DNA of 64,000 nt from an uncultured virus (IMG/VR IMGVR_UViG_3300026479_000007) (lineage: Duplodnaviria; Heunggongvirae; Uroviricota; Caudoviricetes). Below the pieces are notes generated by a model. The model was not told the DNA's origin, searched no databases, and saw nothing but the letters and a program-made list of their open reading frames with translations. Position numbers and translations under genes: made by a program. The stretch lies in IMG/VR virus record IMGVR_UViG_3300026479_000007, positions 1-64,000 of that record; one strand, written 5' to 3'. Shown piece after piece: positions 48,502-57,971 of this stretch. Within the stretch, counting starts at the first letter, position 1. Every line of letters starts with the position of its first letter.

Positions 48502-50700
48502 ATGGCACAAGTAGTAGGAGGGGTTCAAGCCCCAAAATATATGTACTTACCGAATGCTACGGTAAGATATAATAAATTAAATTATACATATGAAAAAACA
48601 ACAACATTTAATGATACTTATGTGAGACCAAGTGATTGGTTAACGTTGCCTGAAGTTAATAATGGTGATGAAGTTGTTTACATGTTGGTTAGTGTATATG
48701 AAAACACACCAAGTTATGTTGGTTTTGCAGTTAATGATGATTTTACTGTTGATTGGGGTGATGGAAACATTATTAATTATGATGGTATATCAAAAACAAG
48801 TGCGACTCACAGAGTAAATCATGTATTGAATTGGGAAGACCTTGATGAGTCAACATTAACATCTGAAGGATATAGACAAGTAATTGTTAAAATAACACCA
48901 CAAGTACCAGGTGCATTAACTAAATTTGATTTAGCTTACGCTTATCAATCTGAATTAAACGTAGCTACTTATTCTAATATTTTGGATGTTAAAATAGCTG
49001 GTCAAAATATAAGTATTTTTAGACCTGGGAGTGCGTACCATAAAAAAATGGAACAAATCGAATTTATTGGTTCACATAGTATAACTAATGCGACTAGTCT
49101 TTTTGTTAATTCAAAAATTAAAAAATTGGTATCATTTGATATGACAAACATTACAAATGGTACTAGTATGTTTAATGGGTGTTCTAATTTAATAGAGTTA
49201 CCATCTGATTTTGACACTTCAAACCTAACGGAATGTGGTAGTATGTTTAAAAATTGTTCTTCATTAGAAAAAATATCGTTAGATTTAACTTCTTGTACAA
49301 ATACAGTACAAATTTTTGAGGGTAGTAATAAGATAAAAGAAGCTAATTTACAAAATACTGGTAATGTGACAAACATGAATAAAATGTTTAAAGGTTGTAG
49401 TAGTTTAGAAACTGTAACAGGTTTAGATACTTCATCTGCAACAAATTTAAGTAATTTATTTGAAAGTTGCTCTAGTTTAATTGATGTACCACAAATAGAT
49501 TTTACTTCTTGTACTACAGCATACTATATGTTTGTTCGTTGTTCTTCTATTGTTAGATTTGAAAATGGTTTAATTAACACATCTGGTGTTTCAAATATGG
49601 GTTATATGTTTCATAGTTGTAATTCGTTATTAGAAATACCTAAAGATTTTGATACTAGTGGTTGTACAAATATGTATGGTATGTTTGGTTATTGTTCATC
49701 TTTAAGAAAAATACATTTATTAAACACAGACAGTGTTACAAATATGCAATATATGTTTTTTAATTCAGGTATATTAGAATTACCTGAAGGGTTTGATACT
49801 TCAAACTCAACGAAATGTGATTATATGTTTAAAGATTGTTCTTCATTAGAAAAAATATCATTGGATTTAACTTCTTGTACAAGTACAATACAAATGTTTG
49901 ATGGTAGTAATAAGATAAAAGAAGTTAATTTACAAAACACTGGTAATGTGACTACTATGAATAAAATGTTTTTAAATTGTAGTAGTTTAGAAACTGTTAC
50001 TGGTTTAGATACTTCATCTGCAACAGTTTTAAGTAATGTTTTCCAAGGATGTAGTAATTTAAAAAACTTACCATTATTAGATTTACAAAATTGTACTACA
50101 ACATTCTATATGTTTATATATTGTAGTTCATTAGAAGGATTTCCAAATGGTTTAATTAATACTTCAGGTGTTTCAAATATGAGTTATATGTTCCATAGTT
50201 GTTCATCATTAAGAGAATTACCATCAGACTTTAACACAGATAGTGCAAATATATACGCAATGTTTATAGGTACAGGTTTAAAAACTATACCACAAATCAA
50301 TACAAGTAATTCACAATCAAATTTACATTATTTATTTAATTCTAGTAAAATTGAAATTATTCCTGATTTGGATTTTTCTTTAACGACAAATGTGACTTAT
50401 ACTTTTGACAGGTGTATAGAACTAAGAAAAATTGGTAGTTTAGATATGTCTAACGTAACAAGTGCTAACCTTATGTTAAGAAGTAATTTTGAATTATCTG
50501 AATCTAATATTTTTGGTTTAACTAAATCACATAGTTATAATACAAACAAATTGTCTAGATTGGCTTTAATAAACATATTTAACAACCTAGGTAACGCAAC
50601 ATCTCAAACAATAGATGTTAGGTATAACCCTGGTACAGCTGATTTAACTCCTGAAGATATTGCTATAGCAACATCAAAAGGATGGACTGTAACGGTTTAA
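48502..50700 (+). CDS. BspA-like LRR adhesin, copy 2
   Basis: Same architecture; last ~110 bp identical to copy 1. Confidence 0.85.
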   Translation: MAQVVGGVQAPKYMYLPNATVRYNKLNYTYEKTTTFNDTYVRPSDWLTLPEVNNGDEVVYMLVSVYENTPSYVGFAVNDDFTVDWGDGNIINYDGISKTSATHRVNHVLNWEDLDESTLTSEGYRQVIVKITPQVPGALTKFDLAYAYQSELNVATYSNILDVKIAGQNISIFRPGSAYHKKMEQIEFIGSHSITNATSLFVNSKIKKLVSFDMTNITNGTSMFNGCSNLIELPSDFDTSNLTECGSMFKNCSSLEKISLDLTSCTNTVQIFEGSNKIKEANLQNTGNVTNMNKMFKGCSSLETVTGLDTSSATNLSNLFESCSSLIDVPQIDFTSCTTAYYMFVRCSSIVRFENGLINTSGVSNMGYMFHSCNSLLEIPKDFDTSGCTNMYGMFGYCSSLRKIHLLNTDSVTNMQYMFFNSGILELPEGFDTSNSTKCDYMFKDCSSLEKISLDLTSCTSTIQMFDGSNKIKEVNLQNTGNVTTMNKMFLNCSSLETVTGLDTSSATVLSNVFQGCSNLKNLPLLDLQNCTTTFYMFIYCSSLEGFPNGLINTSGVSNMSYMFHSCSSLRELPSDFNTDSANIYAMFIGTGLKTIPQINTSNSQSNLHYLFNSSKIEIIPDLDFSLTTNVTYTFDRCIELRKIGSLDMSNVTSANLMLRSNFELSESNIFGLTKSHSYNTNKLSRLALINIFNNLGNATSQTIDVRYNPGTADLTPEDIAIATSKGWTVTV

Positions 50701-50712
50701 TAAAAAAAAATG

Positions 50713-50737
50713 AAGGGAGGTGAATATCTCCCTTTTT
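50713..50737 (+). terminator. Intrinsic terminator
   Basis: AAGGGAGGT-GAAT-ATCTCCCTTTTT. Confidence 0.75.
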
Positions 50738-50765
50738 ATATGATATTTATATAAAAAAATAAATT

Positions 50766-50987
50766 ATGATAATAGTAACAAAAACAGAAATGAATGAAAA
50801 ATGGTGGATTGCAACAAATGAAGATAATTCAATTGTTCACTACGGAAAAACTGACCCACCACAACAAACCGAAACAGGTTTACCGAATCACACAATATTC
50901 GATGATGAAACATCTTGGAAAACAGAGTTATTAAATGTTTATGGAATTGATGTTGATAACAATGAAGAAGAAGAAATAACAGAATAA
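50766..50987 (+). CDS. Small acidic partner protein
   Basis: 73-aa acidic ORF immediately before the third adhesin. Confidence 0.6.
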   Translation: MIIVTKTEMNEKWWIATNEDNSIVHYGKTDPPQQTETGLPNHTIFDDETSWKTELLNVYGIDVDNNEEEEITE

Positions 50988-50989
50988 TT

Positions 50990-52423
50990 ATGGCAGCACA
51001 GATAAGAGTTGGAATCAAAGATGGTTCCTTGGAAAAAAGAAAATTTATATTTACAATAAACACTGAAAATGCTGGTAGTGCGAGTGATACATTTATTTTA
51101 GGTGCTGGAAATTTAGGTGTTTATAATGCAACGATTGAGTGGGGTGATGGTACAACATCAACAATTACATCATATAATGATACTGATTTAACTCACGTCT
51201 ATTCAACACCAGGAATTTATACAATTAAAGTCTTAGGTAATTTACCTTGGCCTAAATTTAATGGTACTGATAGAGAAAAATTGATGTCAGTTAATCAGTG
51301 GGGTTATAATGAATGGAGAAGTATGGGTACTTCTTTCCAAGGGTGTAGTAATTTAGAAATTTATGCCACAGATATTCCAAATACATCATTAGTTAATACA
51401 TTAGCAAATGCTTTTAATGGTTGTACATCATTAACCACAATGTCTTTAGCTGGTTGGGATTTAACTTCTTGTACTTCTTTTGGTTGGGGTTATACTGGTG
51501 GTTTCCAATCTTGTACATCATTAACTTCAATAGATTTTACTGGATGTAAATTAAACACAACTTCAAATGTTCAATTTAGAGAGGTATTTTATAATTGTAC
51601 CTCATTAACTACAGTAACAGGGTTTAACACACTTAACACTTCTAAAGTATATACTATGTACCAAACTTTTAGAGGTTGTACATCATTAACATCTTTAGAT
51701 ATGTCAGGAATGGATTTATCTAATTGTAGTGATTTCAGACAAATGTTCTACTATAACATATCATTGACTTCTGTTGATGTAAGTGGAGTTACTTTTAGAA
51801 CACTAGGTGTTAATTTCTCAAGTACCTTCCAAGCTACACCTAATTTAACCACAATAACTGGTATTGAAGATATAACAGTACCATTCACTAATATTATTGG
51901 TATGTTCCGTGGTTGTGGTATATCAGGCGATTTAGATTTAACAGGATGGGATGTTTCTCAAGTCACTTCAACATCTAATACCTTCTCACCCACAGTTAAT
52001 TTAACATCATTAAATGTAAGTGGTTGGGATTTAAGTAATTGTACAACATTTGGTAATAGATACGCTGGTATGTTTAATGGGTGTGGTGCTGATTATATTG
52101 ATGTTACAGGTATTACAATAAGAACATCTGGACCAGTTATTATGTATGAACCATTTTATGGTTTAGGTGTGTGTGATGTTGTTGGATTAGACACTTGGGA
52201 TATATCTACTGTTTCTAATATGAAAGATTTCCTAAGAGGTTCAACTATAACAACAACTGAATATGATAAGTTATTAGTTGCATGGAACGCACTTAACCCC
52301 GTAAGTGGTTTGTCTGTTAACTTTGGTACGTCCAAATACACAATAGGAAGTCCAGCTGAAGCAGCAAAATCAAACTTAATTTTAAGTGATTTATGGACAA
52401 TCACCGATGGTGGTGGAATTTAA
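50990..52423 (+). CDS. PKD-like plus BspA-like LRR adhesin, copy 3
   Basis: IEWGDG...HVYSTPG.YTI, QWG...W.SM...F.GC, WDVSQVT repeats, WTITDGG end. Confidence 0.85.
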   Translation: MAAQIRVGIKDGSLEKRKFIFTINTENAGSASDTFILGAGNLGVYNATIEWGDGTTSTITSYNDTDLTHVYSTPGIYTIKVLGNLPWPKFNGTDREKLMSVNQWGYNEWRSMGTSFQGCSNLEIYATDIPNTSLVNTLANAFNGCTSLTTMSLAGWDLTSCTSFGWGYTGGFQSCTSLTSIDFTGCKLNTTSNVQFREVFYNCTSLTTVTGFNTLNTSKVYTMYQTFRGCTSLTSLDMSGMDLSNCSDFRQMFYYNISLTSVDVSGVTFRTLGVNFSSTFQATPNLTTITGIEDITVPFTNIIGMFRGCGISGDLDLTGWDVSQVTSTSNTFSPTVNLTSLNVSGWDLSNCTTFGNRYAGMFNGCGADYIDVTGITIRTSGPVIMYEPFYGLGVCDVVGLDTWDISTVSNMKDFLRGSTITTTEYDKLLVAWNALNPVSGLSVNFGTSKYTIGSPAEAAKSNLILSDLWTITDGGGI

Positions 52424-52515
52424 AAAAAAAAAAAATATAAATATCTCTATTATTAAAAATTGGTAGATATTTATAATTGAATAAAATAACAAATAATTAA
52501 TTAAAAACAAAAAAA

Positions 52516-52722
52516 ATGGGATACGCAATTAAAGACATCGCAGAGATTACAACATTCGACTTTTCATTATGTACAGGTTATTCAACAGCTGATACAGTAA
52601 GAAAGTCAATCGATGGAACAAAATTCATCGTTGAAGGTGATTCATTCACAGATTACACAAAAGAAGAAATGATTACAATTTGTGAAGGACCTGAATGGAC
52701 ATCAACTGAAGAGGTAATCTAA
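52516..52722 (+). CDS. Small acidic partner protein
   Basis: TVRKSIDGTKFIV...YT.EEM......EW motif seen beside phage LamG genes. Confidence 0.6.
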   Translation: MGYAIKDIAEITTFDFSLCTGYSTADTVRKSIDGTKFIVEGDSFTDYTKEEMITICEGPEWTSTEEVI

Positions 52723-52739
52723 AAATTAAAAGATTAAAC

Positions 52740-52770
52740 AAAGGGTTTATTTATTTAAACCCTTTTTTTT
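52740..52770 (+). terminator. Intrinsic terminator
   Basis: AAAGGGTTTA...TAAACCCTTTTT. Confidence 0.7.
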
Positions 52771-52809
52771 TCTTTAAAAATAACAAATAAAATTAAAACA
52801 ATATAAAAA

Positions 52810-53469
52810 ATGGCACAAACAAGAGTGGGGGTTAGAAGACCTGGTATATGGGATGGATTATTGGCTTATTATAGAGCTGATGGAACACCAATAGACCAAA
52901 CAGGGAATGGACACGATTTAACATTAATTAATGGAACAACATATGACACAGGTAAAATTAATCAAGGATTTAAGTTTGATGGTGTTAATGATTATGTACA
53001 ATACACAGGTGATGTTGGTATTACTGGAGATTTTACGGTAAGTGGATGGGTGTATAAAAATAATACAGGTACGGCCTGTTTTTTTCAAACACCTAATTTC
53101 GGTTCAAATGGGTCTATGGGTTTTACTTTCCAATTTACATCAATAATTTTATACGCATTCAAAACAAATGGGGGTTATTTATCACAAAGTTTAACTATAG
53201 GTAATAATGTTTGGAGACATGTTGCTTTCGCTTGGAATGAGTCAACTAAATTATTAAATATGTATATGGATGGTAATTTAATTTCTGCTGGTACAACAAC
53301 ATTCACTGATTGTACATCTTTGGGTTTTGTAAATGGTTTTATATTAAGTAGGAGAACATCTAGTCAATTCTTAAATGGTAATATGGATGAAATAGGTATT
53401 TGGAACAGAGAACTAACACCAACAGAAGTATCACAACTATACAATTCAGGAAACGGAAAACAAAAATAA
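52810..53469 (+). CDS. LamG / concanavalin-A-like lectin domain protein
   Basis: FDGVNDYV, FTVSGWV, WRHVAF, MDEIGIWNREL. Confidence 0.88.
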   Translation: MAQTRVGVRRPGIWDGLLAYYRADGTPIDQTGNGHDLTLINGTTYDTGKINQGFKFDGVNDYVQYTGDVGITGDFTVSGWVYKNNTGTACFFQTPNFGSNGSMGFTFQFTSIILYAFKTNGGYLSQSLTIGNNVWRHVAFAWNESTKLLNMYMDGNLISAGTTTFTDCTSLGFVNGFILSRRTSSQFLNGNMDEIGIWNRELTPTEVSQLYNSGNGKQK

Positions 53470-53492
53470 TATAAATTAAAAAACAAAATATT

Positions 53493-54179
53493 ATGGCACA
53501 AACAAGAGTAGGGGTGAGACCAAGACAAACATCAAATATAATAACAGATGGGTTAGTGTTACATTTAGATGCAGGAAATACATTATCATATCCAGGTACA
53601 GGTACTATTTGGAATGATTTAACATCAAATAATAATGATGGTACATTAACCAATGGTGTAACATACTTAACTGATAATGGAGGAATTGTGTCATTTGATG
53701 GTGTGAATGATTATGTTTCAATATCAAATTCAGATTCTTTAAATACCATCTCTGTTTCAGTTTCTATGTGGGTTAAATTCAATTTATTATCTAATAATAA
53801 AGTTTTATTAAGTAAGGGTTTAGGTATTAACTCTAGAACATACTGGTTTTATGAGAATAGTGGTATACAGTTTTTTTATGGTACTGCAACCCCTAAAATA
53901 TTAAAAACAGATTTAGAAGATGGTAATTGGCACAATATAGTTGGTACTTATAATGGTACATCTACAGTATCACTATATCATAATGGAGTTTTGTTTGGGT
54001 CTTCTAATTCTAGTAGTCAAGCACAAACAACACAAGGTATATCTATTAATAGTTATCCAGGTGGTAGTTATGTTGCTAGTGATAAAAAAATTGGTAATAC
54101 TTTAATTTACAATAGAGCGTTAACAGATAGTGAAGTATTACAAAATTATAACACAACCAAAGGAAGATTTGGATTATAA
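53493..54179 (+). CDS. LamG / concanavalin-A-like lectin domain protein
   Basis: GLVLHLDA...SYPG.GT.W.DL, FDGVNDYV, WHNIVGT, IYNRAL...EV.QNY. Confidence 0.88.
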   Translation: MAQTRVGVRPRQTSNIITDGLVLHLDAGNTLSYPGTGTIWNDLTSNNNDGTLTNGVTYLTDNGGIVSFDGVNDYVSISNSDSLNTISVSVSMWVKFNLLSNNKVLLSKGLGINSRTYWFYENSGIQFFYGTATPKILKTDLEDGNWHNIVGTYNGTSTVSLYHNGVLFGSSNSSSQAQTTQGISINSYPGGSYVASDKKIGNTLIYNRALTDSEVLQNYNTTKGRFGL

Positions 54180-54198
54180 TAAATAAAAAAAACAATAT

Positions 54199-54229
54199 AA
54201 AAGGTCTAAAATTATTTAGACCTTTTTTT
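54199..54229 (+). terminator. Intrinsic terminator ending the adhesin array
   Basis: AAAAGGTCTAAA-ATTA-TTTAGACCTTTT. Confidence 0.8.
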
Positions 54230-54264
54230 ATTCCCTTATATTTATTTTTAAAGGTTTAAAAGTT

Positions 54265-54501
54265 ATGGAAAAAGATATTTATTATAAGATAACAAGAGAT
54301 TTATATTTAATTTCGGACCCATCTTATGATATAGATGAAGTAGGTGTTGATAACCCAGTTTTAGAAGAATGTGAGTTATATAATAATGGTTACGAACACG
54401 TTATAACAAAGTGGAGAAAAAAACTAAATATTTCATTAGATGACTTGAAGAAATTTAACTCTGATATCTATAAAAACACAAAAAAACCAAGAATAGTATG
54501 A
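54265..54501 (+). CDS. Hypothetical protein
   Basis: 78-aa ORF coupled to the next gene. Confidence 0.5.
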   Translation: MEKDIYYKITRDLYLISDPSYDIDEVGVDNPVLEECELYNNGYEHVITKWRKKLNISLDDLKKFNSDIYKNTKKPRIV

Positions 54502-55718
54502 TGGATACAGAAAATATAAAAATAGGTATTACCATAGCATTAAACGATATAAAAGAATCAATGTGGACAAATGGGATGAAACTAAACATCCTTATGATGA
54601 TTAACCTATTAAAAAAATCAAAAAAGAATTATCAAATTTATTTATTGAATACGTTGGATATTGATTTAAATAACCCACCAAAACACTTCGATGGAATTAA
54701 TGTTTCGTTATTAAAAGATAAATACAGAGAAATGGATTTAATTATATCCATGGGAGCACAAATATCAAACGAAACAATTAAAGATTTTAAGAAACAAAAA
54801 CCAACCAATAAAGTTATTAATTATAAGTGTGGTAACAATTATGTTTTATTCATTGAAGAGATGTTATTTAAAGAAGGAAAGCCACATATTGTTGATGAAG
54901 GTGTTGATGAAGTTTGGTATGTGCCACAACAAGATTATAATAATAGTGGTTACTTTAAAACACTTTATAGAACAAACGCAATAAGTGTACCTTTCTTATG
55001 GGATAATAGTTTCTTGGATTCATCCCTAAACTCAATCAATAAATTAAGCAAAGAAGGAAAATATAAAAAAGACCATAGATACGACCCAACAAAAGAAAAG
55101 AAGGTTATTGGTATTATGGAACCAAACTTAAATATGGTTAAAACCGCTGTTATACCAACTTTAATTGCAGAAGAATCTTATCGTACAGAAATTGGTAAAA
55201 ATAAGATTGATAAGTTGATGATAACAAACGGAAAACACGAAAAAGGTGGTTTGGATAAAAATCCACCATTCATATCAATTATTAAAAGTTTGGACTTATA
55301 TAAGGACAAAAAAGTAACAATGGAACATAGATATCAAACTTCTTATGTTGTATCTCAGTTTTTGGATATTGTTGTTTCTCATCAAATTATGAACCCATTA
55401 AACTATCTTTATTTGGATGTTGCGTATATGGGTTATCCTGTATTACATAACGCACCAATGTGTAAAGATATAGGTTATTATTATGAAAACTCAGATTCAA
55501 GAAAAGGTGGTGAAATGTTAAACTGGATATTGGAAAACCACGATAAAAATCTGGAATACTATAAGGAACGTAATAAACAATCTTTATGGAGATATCATGT
55601 ATCAAACCCATTAATATCAAAAACATACGATAAATTAATCCATAATTTATTTAATGGTGGAAATAGTTCTGAATTAAAATACGACCCTACTACAAACAAC
55701 TATTTTAATTTGTTATAA
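54498..55718 (+). CDS. DUF2827-like protein (putative glycosyltransferase fold)
   Basis: W.NG...N, VPFLW, IMEPNLN.VK, VVSHQ..NPLNYLY.D....YP..HN. Confidence 0.7.
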   Translation: MMDTENIKIGITIALNDIKESMWTNGMKLNILMMINLLKKSKKNYQIYLLNTLDIDLNNPPKHFDGINVSLLKDKYREMDLIISMGAQISNETIKDFKKQKPTNKVINYKCGNNYVLFIEEMLFKEGKPHIVDEGVDEVWYVPQQDYNNSGYFKTLYRTNAISVPFLWDNSFLDSSLNSINKLSKEGKYKKDHRYDPTKEKKVIGIMEPNLNMVKTAVIPTLIAEESYRTEIGKNKIDKLMITNGKHEKGGLDKNPPFISIIKSLDLYKDKKVTMEHRYQTSYVVSQFLDIVVSHQIMNPLNYLYLDVAYMGYPVLHNAPMCKDIGYYYENSDSRKGGEMLNWILENHDKNLEYYKERNKQSLWRYHVSNPLISKTYDKLIHNLFNGGNSSELKYDPTTNNYFNLL

Positions 55719-55737
55719 TAAAAAAAATGGAGGGTTT

Positions 55738-56583
55738 TTAATCCTCCATTTCATCTAAATCAATTCCATGTGTATCAAACCACCATTCTTTTGGTTTGTC
55801 ACGATGTTTAATTTTAAGCCTTTCATATCTTACTTTAGCCTTTTCTTGTCTCTCAACCTCTTTTGTGAAGAATGGATGTTCAATACTACCACCACCCTTA
55901 TAAAGTTGCCTTAAAAGTCTCCTAAGCACGTATCCTTGTTTTTGTGGACCAGGTTTAAAACCAGCTTCAATAATCTTATTGATAGCATCACTCAATATAT
56001 CATTTTTTGTTAATTCGTTCTTACCATTAATAATATCATTAATTCTAGAGAATCCAAAACCAACATCAATAAACTTATCCATTGTATTTACGATATTACC
56101 AATTTCAACATCATCATGATAAAACTCGGTGCAATAACCACCCATTTCACCATCTGACCAAATACATTCACTATCTAATTTAATTGGTATTTTATGACGT
56201 TCATATAACCATTTCCAAGTATCAAATTTATCTGGGTGAATAGTAACATAATCAATCTTTATACCTAAGAAGTCTTTAATAAAATCCACCCAAAAATCAA
56301 CAGCCTCATTAAGTGTCATTTTACCGAAAGAAAACAAACCAATCATTCTAAAGTGTAACATATGGGTACCATCACCGATTTCTTCTAAATCATTTAACCT
56401 AATACAAGATTGTATATTTGCTATTGTGGTGTTATCAGGATTTTTAAATTTGTCTTTAAATTGTTGCATACCAGCTGGACAAAAAAGAGTTGTGTCATCA
56501 TAACTATTAACACTATCATCTAATTTAAAAGGGATTTCCTTTAAAAAACAAAAGTTTTCATAAAGTTTTATTAAATCTTTCAT
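55738..56583 (-). CDS. alaS: Minimal alanyl-tRNA-synthetase-like protein with no editing or C-Ala domain
   Basis: TLFCPAGMQQFK, QSCIR.NDL, F.MIGLFSF, GYCTE, EIGNIV, IDVGFG..R, GYVLRRLLR, FDTHG. Confidence 0.88.
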   Translation of the reverse strand: MKDLIKLYENFCFLKEIPFKLDDSVNSYDDTTLFCPAGMQQFKDKFKNPDNTTIANIQSCIRLNDLEEIGDGTHMLHFRMIGLFSFGKMTLNEAVDFWVDFIKDFLGIKIDYVTIHPDKFDTWKWLYERHKIPIKLDSECIWSDGEMGGYCTEFYHDDVEIGNIVNTMDKFIDVGFGFSRINDIINGKNELTKNDILSDAINKIIEAGFKPGPQKQGYVLRRLLRQLYKGGGSIEHPFFTKEVERQEKAKVRYERLKIKHRDKPKEWWFDTHGIDLDEMED

Positions 56584-56589
56584 ATTTTT

Positions 56590-57150
56590 TTATTCTTTTA
56601 TTAAAAAATGTATATCTGGTTTTTTATACCCAGTTTTAAATCTATCTGCACTAAGTTCCTCAGTTTCAATAAAATGTGGTTTTTTTCTACAAATAAATAA
56701 ACAACCTTTCGATAAGTTATCAATAATCTTTTTTGTAATATCATGTGACATAGCGGTGTTATCTACATAAATAACGGTAGCATCACTAAAATTATTATCA
56801 AAGAAATCACCCTCAATAAAAGAAATAATTTTATTGTCTTTACAATGTTTTTCTTTTAAATCATTTGCTCCCTTTATTCTTTCTTTTGATAACTCAATAC
56901 CACAAGATTTTTTAGGGTTATATTGTAAAGCAACATGTATTACCATTTTTCCTAACCCACAACCTAAGTCATAAAATATTGTATCTTGATTGAAGTGTTT
57001 TTTGAATTGGTTTACAATAGCATTTGTGGATTGTTTTGTTACTTCACCATATGTTGCTGGGTATTCTTTTTTAAATTCTGTTTTATTTTGATACTCTAAA
57101 TATGGTGTTTGGTTATATATTTCATTTAAAATTTGTTCTAAATTTTCCAT
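56590..57150 (-). CDS. DOT1-like SAM-dependent methyltransferase
   Basis: TYGE, FYDLGCGLGK, GIELS..R, FIEGDF, ATVIY.DN. Confidence 0.8.
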   Translation of the reverse strand: MENLEQILNEIYNQTPYLEYQNKTEFKKEYPATYGEVTKQSTNAIVNQFKKHFNQDTIFYDLGCGLGKMVIHVALQYNPKKSCGIELSKERIKGANDLKEKHCKDNKIISFIEGDFFDNNFSDATVIYVDNTAMSHDITKKIIDNLSKGCLFICRKKPHFIETEELSADRFKTGYKKPDIHFLIKE

Positions 57151-57176
57151 AATTTATTTTTTGGCTTTATAGTTAT

Positions 57177-57914
57177 TTAATTATATTCATTTTCTTGATT
57201 TATATTTTTTTTGTTTCTAAGATTGTTTGAAGCAAACTTTGAACTAATTAAACCTATAAACAACATTAAAATCATTATTGATGGTGCTGATTTGCCTGAA
57301 ACAGTTAAATTATAATTCCATAACCCATGATAACCAATACCACACATTAAACCAATCATCACATACACAAAAAACCTAATTTTTTGTTTACTAGACATAA
57401 CAATATCAAATACAGACCTAGTGCTATATTTATTTATTTTAATTTTACTTAAAGATATCCAATAACCTGTAAACATACCGAATATCATATGAGCAAATGT
57501 TGATGTAAAGTTTCTTATAAATAATATTTTTTCGCCAAACCTACATAAGTATTGTACATTTTCAATCATAGCAAAGCCTAGACCAACCATTCCCATATAA
57601 AACATTGTACCTATTGGGTGTTTTGATTTTTGTTTATCCATTATTTTATATATAATAAAATAAACTAATAATTTAGATATTTCTTCATGTGGTGCAACTT
57701 CGAAAAAGCAGAAAACAAATGGACTGGTTAATAAGTCTGATTTATAAGGTAATAGTAAATTAAATAACATCACTAAAGGTATAGATAAAATACCTCCAAT
57801 TAGATATTGTAATGATTTAGTCAAGCTGATAGATTTGTATGGTGATGTTAAATAGATTATTCCACTATAAACAACAGGTGGTAATACCACCATAATAAAA
57901 TTTAATAAAGCCAT
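57177..57914 (-). CDS. prsW: PrsW-family intramembrane glutamic protease
   Basis: EEISK, GLGFAMIEN, AH, HGLWN in a multi-TM protein. Confidence 0.9.
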   Translation of the reverse strand: MALLNFIMVVLPPVVYSGIIYLTSPYKSISLTKSLQYLIGGILSIPLVMLFNLLLPYKSDLLTSPFVFCFFEVAPHEEISKLLVYFIIYKIMDKQKSKHPIGTMFYMGMVGLGFAMIENVQYLCRFGEKILFIRNFTSTFAHMIFGMFTGYWISLSKIKINKYSTRSVFDIVMSSKQKIRFFVYVMIGLMCGIGYHGLWNYNLTVSGKSAPSIMILMLFIGLISSKFASNNLRNKKNINQENEYN

Positions 57915-57971
57915 AATAATTTTTTATTATAAATATTATGATTTATTTATAATAAAGTATGATGCAATTTT

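Noticed and set aside
45920..50700. Diversity-generating retroelement
   Set aside because: No reverse transcriptase or non-coding template repeat in the window; the shared 3' ends are identical, not adenine-variable
1356..54229. Similar AAAGGTCTA...TAGACCTTT hairpins at 1356 and 54199 as mobile-element ends
   Set aside because: Both sit directly after stop codons and are explained as terminators; no transposase or target duplication
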